DNA of 64,000 nt from Octopus bimaculoides (lineage: Eukaryota), in NCBI RefSeq assembly GCF_001194135.2, contig NC_068992.1:1192431-1256430 (forward strand). The letters are read 5' to 3'. Under the pieces are notes generated by a model. That model did not search any database and had not been told where the DNA came from. It saw only the letters and a program-made list of their open reading frames with translations. Position numbers and translations under genes: made by a program. Below are positions 56,798 through 64,000 of this stretch, in pieces (the stretch's first letter is position 1; every line of letters begins with the position of its first letter).

Positions 56798-57036
56798 TTT
56801 TTTTATTTCTTTATTGCCCACAAGGGGCTAAACGTAGAGGGGACAAACAAGGACAGAAAACTGGATTAAGTCGATTACATCGATCCTAGTGCGTAGCTGG
56901 TACTTAATTTATCGACTCCGAAAGGATGAAAGGCAAAGTCAACCTCGGCGGAATTTGAACTCAGAACGTAGCAGCAGACGAAATACCGCTAAGCATTTCG
57001 CCCGGCCTGCTAACGTTTCTGCCAGCTCGCCGCCTT
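56798..57036 (-). mobile_element. tRNA-derived SINE, family 3, full length, little diverged
   Basis: Minus-strand head aaggcggcgagctggcagaaacgttagc...gagttcaaattccgcc (A/B boxes); tail aataaagaaataaaaaaa. Confidence 0.9.
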
Positions 57037-57406
57037 GTAAGGAGTACAATCAGTAAAGCAATGAGGAATTATGTAAAACTATACAAGGGATAGGTTTAAG
57101 AATACTGCGCTAGAGCTAAATTTTGCTGAGTGATAAAGAGAAAAAATGTAAAATGCGATGAATAAAAAATTACTTATTTGAAGAAGAACATATATACACA
57201 CACAATCACACAACTGAAGTATAAAGAGGCATACCATTTTATACATATATCATTTGGTAAAGGAAAGGGGATATAGGAAAAAGGAAAGACAAATTTGCCA
57301 GACAGGAAGACATACTAACAGCAACGGACGAAATGTGAGCATTACTTGGTAATTATGTTCATATCATAGGTAACTATGTAAAAAAATAAATGAACGTTTA
57401 TGTATG

Positions 57407-57454
<48 letters not shown>

Positions 57455-57800
57455 TCTTCGTGTGTGTGTTTATCTTTGTGTGTGTGTCTATATATGTATG
57501 TGTGTGTGAATGTTTTTGTGCGTGTGTTAGAATGAGAGCGTGAATGTGAGTGAGGGTACATATTCATGTACGTAGGCACTATTGCTCTTGAATTGGATTT
57601 ACAAAGATTGAGTAGGAAAGAATTACCATAATGTCTGAATAAAAGTGTTATTTAATCTGTTAGATAAAATGAGAGAGTTGAGAGAGCAGAGAAAGAGCAA
57701 GGGAGATAACTTTACTAGTATTGAAACAGAAATACAGAGATAACAATAAACGTGTGACAAGGAAGGAAAAAAAGTGTGAGAGAAGAAAAGGGTAGACTGT

Positions 57801-57803
<3 letters not shown>

Positions 57804-57839
<36 letters not shown>

Positions 57840-57860
57840 AAGAATGAAAGAGAGAGATAA
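57804..57860. repeat. (GA)n microsatellite
   Basis: Direct. Confidence 0.9.
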
Positions 57861-58259
57861 TGATAGAAAGAGTGAAAATAAAGTGACAGATGTATCGAGA
57901 AGAACCTCAGTAAGAATGATAATGCAATATAAATTATTACTTCTGGACAATTTTAAAATGTAGTAAATGGTTAGCTTATCCTGTAAGTGTACACTGTTTG
58001 AAAGACGGATATGACACAATAACACCGAAAGGACATCTAGAATTCTAGGTTCTCTTGTGTAGTTAATAATCAGAACGTATCAAATTTATGATGTTAGTAT
58101 TGACGTTCATGTGGATAGGCATTGAACAGTGCTGAACCTTCAGCTTTTCCTTTCTACTAAAATCTTGATTTGTCCAAGGCAGCATTATCTAATGTATCCA
58201 AAATTATACTTCATACAATATATGGTAGGGTGTCTAGCATAGCAAATGAAGATTTAGAG

Positions 58260-58531
58260 TAGCGGTTCTCAAACATACGTTGTTTATGTATCCCTTTCAT
58301 TCAGATTTTAATCTCCTGGATGCATAGCCATTCGCTGTGTTCATGAAAAAAATAATCTTACTGTATTTTCATAATTAAACAATAGCAGGAATTTAAAAAA
58401 AATAAATATTGTGTATTCTCGAAACAATATAAACTTATTGGACGTAAAGTTTAGCAAAAAAAGAATGATAATAATAAATAAATCGGGTGTGAACTTCCCA
58501 AGGACCATATGTCTTCGACTGGTTTCTACTG
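58260..58531. mobile_element. Decayed hAT-like MITE
   Basis: Left end tagcggttctcaa resembles the Charlie/hAT TIR cagtggttctcaa. The right end is degenerate (ggaccatatg...actg). AT-rich 270-bp body; TSD not convincing. Confidence 0.35.
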
Positions 58532-59800
58532 GTCTTTAGATCCAGTGCAGTCAAAATGATGCAGACATATAGCCATATGTATACCAACAATCACCATTCA
58601 ACATTTTATTAAAACGTAGTGTATTTTGGTCTCTATGAAACAAGGGGCAATTTTGAATAATGCTATTAAGAGTACTTTGAAGAAAATTAAGTGCTGCTTT
58701 CTTACAGAACGTGTGACATTTTTTAGTGTTGTTTAATCTTAGGATACCCATTAAACACACTACTACCCATAATTATTACGTGCTACATTTTAGCGTGTCA
58801 TATATCTAAAATTACATCTACGCACGACATATAATACTTCTAAGACGGTAGGCTTTGATTTATGACAAACATGACTGCAATTTATACATAGCTTAGCGTG
58901 AGTGCTCTTGCAGTTACATAATGTGATACGCAAGAGATATTATAAGTGAATATCAACATATTAACCACTATTAACTTAAAATAGGACGGAAACTCTACCG
59001 GATGCAAGAATCAACGGTTTATTTATAAAGTGAGAAGTTGCAAAATTTACGAAAACACTTTGTCAATTTTATAGCCCGCTAATTAACAAACATCGTTATT
59101 TTCAACTGTAAAGCCCAAACATTTTGCCACCAGATGTTGCAACTACCAGGCACTTAGTAAATCGGAATTGTGCTCTCTAAAAGCATACTCATACGTTCGA
59201 TGTTTTAAAATAATTAGTCTCTTAATTCTGTGAATCCACATCAATTTCCCTTTTTTAGTGACAGTTAGAATATACATGTAATACTCCGTTAGATATACTT
59301 AATTCAAAACCGTTTATAAACAGACAACATGATTTGATATGAAATATTAAATATGATAGCAAAGAGTATCATGTTCGTAGTAATTGCTGATGATAAAAAC
59401 AAAGTAGATACACAACTTGGGGTAATTAATATGGAATATAAAGATTAATATGGAATATATATTCATATATACAAGATTAGTATGGAATATATATTCATTT
59501 CAATTTTCGACGGGAATGAATTTATAGAATACATTGATGTCTACACTTTGGACCAGCGATTGTCGAAATCGAGGCAAAACAGAAAATTCTTTTAAATGAG
59601 AGTTTATAGGAATATTGCAACTTAGTCGTGTCTGTTATGTTACCGGTTCTGCCAAACATCGTCATTAGAGTGTATATGTATGTTGCTACACATAGAGGAA
59701 TACGTGTATTCTAAGGGCCCAATGTACGAAAACGATTCCCGGAATTATATAATGGACAAAACCTAATAATTTCGTGATATACATATATATATAGTGAAGT

Positions 59801-59978
59801 ATATTTGCCACTTAAATGTGGCTGACCCCGAGGGGTGGATGTTACTGTTGCTTTTAGCCCCAGGAGGACATCTCCTCCAGCTGGCTATCGACACACATCT
59901 GGAGGAGATGTCCTCCTGGGGCTAAAAGCAACAGTAACATCCATCCCTCGGGGTCAGCCACATTTAAGTGGCAAATAT
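59801..59978. repeat. 80-bp-arm inverted repeat with 18-nt spacer, ending at an assembly gap
   Basis: 59801-59880 is the reverse complement of 59899-59978 except G59835/T59944. Confidence 0.95.
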
Positions 59979-60382
59979 NNNNNNNNNNNNNNNNNNNNNN
60001 NNNNNNNNNNNNNNNNNNNNNNNNNNNNNNNNNNNNNNNNNNNNNNNNNNNNNNNNNNNNNNNNNNNNNNNNNNNNNNNNNNNNNNNNNNNNNNNNNNNN
60101 NNNNNNNNNNNNNNNNNNNNNNNNNNNNNNNNNNNNNNNNNNNNNNNNNNNNNNNNNNNNNNNNNNNNNNNNNNNNNNNNNNNNNNNNNNNNNNNNNNNN
60201 NNNNNNNNNNNNNNNNNNNNNNNNNNNNNNNNNNNNNNNNNNNNNNNNNNNNNNNNNNNNNNNNNNNNNNNNNNNNNNNNNNNNNNNNNNNNNNNNNNNN
60301 NNNNNNNNNNNNNNNNNNNNNNNNNNNNNNNNNNNNNNNNNNNNNNNNNNNNNNNNNNNNNNNNNNNNNNNNNNNNNNNNNN

Positions 60383-60440
<58 letters not shown>

Positions 60441-60444
60441 TGTG

Positions 60445-60640
60445 CGTGTTTGTTTACCCAACATTGCTAGACAACCGATGCGGGTGTATTTACGTCCATG
60501 TAACTTAGTGGTTCAGCTTAAGAGACCGATAGAATAAGTTCTAGGCTTACAAATAATTAGTCCTGGGATCGATTTGCTCGACTGAAGGCGGTGCTCCAGC
60601 ATGGCAGCAGTCAAATGACTGAAACAAGTAAAATAATAAT
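60445..60640 (+). mobile_element. SINE family 2, 3' half (head possibly within the gap 59979-60382)
   Basis: Reverse-complement match to 9393-9600; preceded by (TG)n as expected for the internal microsatellite. Confidence 0.85.
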
Positions 60641-60828
60641 ATAATAGAGAGATAGAGTGATAGATAGATAGATGGATAGATAGATAGATACATACATATA
60701 TGCTGTCATACATATATACATTCACGCAAGTAAGGCCATGATCTAGTCGTATTTTGGTATGTTTCAATCTATAATTATTTTACAATCTCTTCAGTTTTAT
60801 AACATTTCTTTCTCCGCCCTCACTCATG

Positions 60829-60873
60829 TGCTGGCCCTCACTCATGTGCTGGCCCTCACTCTCTCCTCTTTCC
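60829..60873. repeat. 18-bp tandem duplication (gccctcactcatgtgctg x2.5)
   Basis: Direct. Confidence 0.85.
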
Positions 60874-62229
60874 CCTTCCCTATCACTTAGGTGCATTTAC
60901 CTTTGTTGATAGATTCAATTTCGCTGTTTATATACTTTTTGTTTGACCTTCTTTTTGGTTGTCCGACTTCGTTTTTCCTTCCTTTCAACATCCCTTGCGC
61001 TCTGTCTTTAATTACAATCTTGCCTTGTTTGCTTCTCTTTTCCTGTTTCTCTCCCTTCCTTAAATTTTCCTTTTTTCTCCTCTTTTGTCCATTTGTCTTT
61101 TCTTTCTCTTTTTGCATCTCCCCAACTCTCTTGATTCTTAGACCCAATTAAAATTTCCCTACTAATTGCTTTCCTTCTACGTTGATCTGAAAATACTTAT
61201 GGAATGCCTGACCATCTACCCAACTCAAGAGATTTGTTTCCTGCAACGTAATGCAATTTAACGTTTTCTGATGATCCGTTGTATGTAAGCATCCAGCTGC
61301 ACTTGAAACACACAAATGTACATGCACACACTCGTATATATATATATATGATTATGCGTGTGTATGTGCGTATATACGTTTATACATACATATATACATA
61401 TATACAAACATATATACAGGTATCTTTTAGGCTTTCCTATACTTCCGATTGTAATATGTTGTTAAATCTTTCCGCATGGTATACATAGATAGCTAAACCA
61501 TTTGATCTACCTCGGTCTTGCATCTCTGTTATCTCGCTTTTCCTAACACTGTGTTCTCTTTGCAGCATTTTCCTTCATCTACCCATAACCATATGCACAA
61601 TCCTTAGATCTTCAGATAGCAAATCCCGACTTCACATCTCCGATCTCCTCTTATCCATCTATCACGGGCGGGTACTATAGACGCTTTGCTACTGATAGTG
61701 GAATGTGTGTAATCTCTTGTTTTTCCTGTGGAATGAATATTGATCTTTACTATTATTATTCATTATTATTTTAGTTTTTATGCCTTTTATTCTTACTATA
61801 ATTGCTATAATTATGTTTTTTATTATTTCATAATTTGATAAGTTTAACCACTTCATATTGTGATATCACACTCGTTGGTACGTTTGTTATCATAACTATT
61901 GTCATTATTTTTGTCACCGTTATTGCTGTTATTATCATTGTTGTTATTATTATCACAATTATTATTGTAATAGTATATCGATGTTACAGCCGCAGACGTG
62001 TGAATCTATTTATCTATGTGCGTATAAATGTGCGTATGTGCATGTGTGTATTGATATTTATAAAACCTTATATTTATATATTTTCATGTCTATAACACAG
62101 ATTCATTTGCATACAGTCAGTCTTCATTCGTTCGATTTTGGTTTTAGATTTCTGGGTCTGAAAACTAATCTTCTCTATTTATAAAAGATATATTTTTTAA
62201 TGTATTTCCGGACATTATGTTTTCATGTC

Positions 62230-62598
62230 TTATAGTTTTGTTATCCTTATCACAATCATTATTTGTTGTTATTTTTGTTGTTATTCTTTATTATATCATG
62301 AAAACTCACAGTTTATTTTACTGAGAATGATGGAAAGCGTCAGCTGTCCACAGCCAGCAGACTAAAGTGATACTTGCTTACAGCTCATGCTTCAAGACCC
62401 CGCGACGAATTCTTGCAGTTCCAAGCAATGCTGATTTTTTTAGATATTCTACCTTTACACTTGTATCAATCTTTTTCAGCAATGGTGGTAGTTGAGTGCT
62501 GATACTTCCACGTGCGCCAGTTACTATTGTCGCCACATGTACTCTCATCATTCACAACAGCTTTGGTATTTCCCTCTTCAAGTCGTCATAGTTGTTTA
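62230..62598 (-). mobile_element. R4/Dong-like non-LTR element 3' end, family B, severely 5'-truncated
   Basis: Minus frame NYDDLKREIPKLL*MMRVHVATIVTGARGSISTQLPPLLKKIDTSVKVEYLKKSALLGTARI matches the RLE C-terminus (KY.DL..EI..LW...V.PIV.GALG...LQKSALLGTARILR). Short 3' UTR and a degenerate AAT/AAC tail. Confidence 0.8.
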
Positions 62599-62599
62599 T

Positions 62600-63363
62600 T
62601 CTATTATTATATTCTTTTTATCACAAGTTTTGTTGATAAACCTGGTGTCTTGCTTGCGTAGTGGTCTTGCTACCTGCAGCCTACTATCTGTTCTTTTCAA
62701 CTATCTAATGTCTTCTAATTATTCTAGCCGTGTCAAGGAGGCAAGCCTTTTGTAACAGTTCTGTTGGGTACACAATGTATTCTAATTTCGTTTTGTATTA
62801 CTTTTTATGCATTCGGATAATGTCCAGAAGTACCCAACAATAATTAGCACTATATTCAACATTTTCATTTTCCATAGCCGGGCTATTTCGTACTCAAGAG
62901 GTTTGTATTTATCTATTTTTTCGCCTTCTTTCTTGAATATTCGTGGGTCAAATGGGGCACACAAAATCAACTATATAGCACATGTGGTGCATCTTGTGGA
63001 CCACCCCAAGGTCTGATCTGTTTGGATTGGGAATTCTCAGAGGATTCTGCTAGTCCCTGACTCCGCCACGCATTGTGGTTTGTGCTCATACCATGTCTTG
63101 CACCTCTCTAGTCGTCACTTTTAGCCCAGTTTTCAGTGTAGCACTTTCGCTACCTGATCGTGTCGCTCCAATTTGTAGTGCTTTTGGGCAAGTGTTCGCA
63201 TCCAAACAATCCTCTTCTCCCTCTTTTTCTTGGTACATACAGTCTGTCTTTGTCCCTTTTTGGGTAGAGCATCCCATATCTAGTCAGCAGCGTCCTTGTC
63301 TTCTGTCTCAGCTGTTTAGTTCGTCTACTGTCCATGCGATTACTCCCGCTCCATATTTAAGTA
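62600..63363 (-). mobile_element. R4/Dong-like non-LTR element, family A, 5'-truncated with internal deletions
   Basis: LKYGAGVIAWTVDEL...TRTLLTRYGMLYPKRDKDRLYVPRKRGRRGLFGCE (post-RT) joins QKHYKLERHDQVAKVLH...WYEHKPQ...FPIQTDQ...CYIVD..PFDPRIFKKEGEKIDKY..L.YEIARLW...LLQKACLLDTARIIRR. Multiple stops and frameshifts. Confidence 0.9.
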
Positions 63364-64000
63364 TATATCTTCGGTAAATCAGGCTGGATTGGAACGGGCG
63401 ACGTCAAATGATTTATAAAACAATTTACAGAAAGTTCTAAAAATACTGAATTCACTGAAAATTGAATTTTAAAATAATTTAAAGGAAAACATGAAAAGTG
63501 GCTGTAAAATCATTTATTTACAGTTCAAAAAGAAAGTTTATCCGAGAAAAATATTGTAATATAGTTTTGTTTTTTATTATGCTAAATCTCAATAATTATT
63601 TTAGACGAAGAAAACGGTAATTTTAAAATGAGTTTTTAGAAATAAGATTGGAAGTACTCATAAAAATCATCTATTGACAAGTTTAAAATAGAGTTTATTA
63701 CGGAAACGTAACATATTTTTCTTCCGTATGTCAAAACAGCAAAAATAAAGGAAATACGGTGAACATATTTATTTACAGATTATTAATAATAAAAGTGTAT
63801 TGTAAGGAAGACATGATGGAAAAAAAATGGCTTATTTATCAAATACTTCTCTAAATTCTGTCATTATTAAATTTTTTTTTCTCTTCTTTAATACAAGCAA
63901 ATATACAAAATCGATAAAAGTTTAAATTTTGATACACTCGTTAACTTAATTCTTTCCCTTTCCATTTACTCTTCCAGATATTAACATATTCAGCATTATA

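Overview
AT-rich, microsatellite-dense metazoan genomic DNA from a short-read assembly with 7 N-gaps. The interspersed repeats resemble Octopus/coleoid cephalopod repeats as I recall them; this is an inference, not a database result. I recognise no host protein-coding gene, rRNA, true tRNA or CRISPR array, and most listed ORFs are translations of (TA)n, (CA)n, (AAT)n or N runs. Supportable content: three tRNA-headed SINE families (about 10 copies or fragments); decayed non-LTR retrotransposon pieces (three R4/Dong-like and one HERO-like RLE-type, plus one CR1/L2-like 3' end); two degenerate hammerhead-ribozyme motifs in a Penelope-like context; a headless repeat embedded in AAT arrays; a probable hAT MITE; and two long near-perfect hairpins (43.35 kb and 59.8 kb). 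I found no convincing new biological system. The best leads are the two hairpins, the internally deleted R4-like element, the hammerhead motifs and a SINE/LINE shared 3' end. A few splice-bounded open stretches are given as low-confidence exon candidates.
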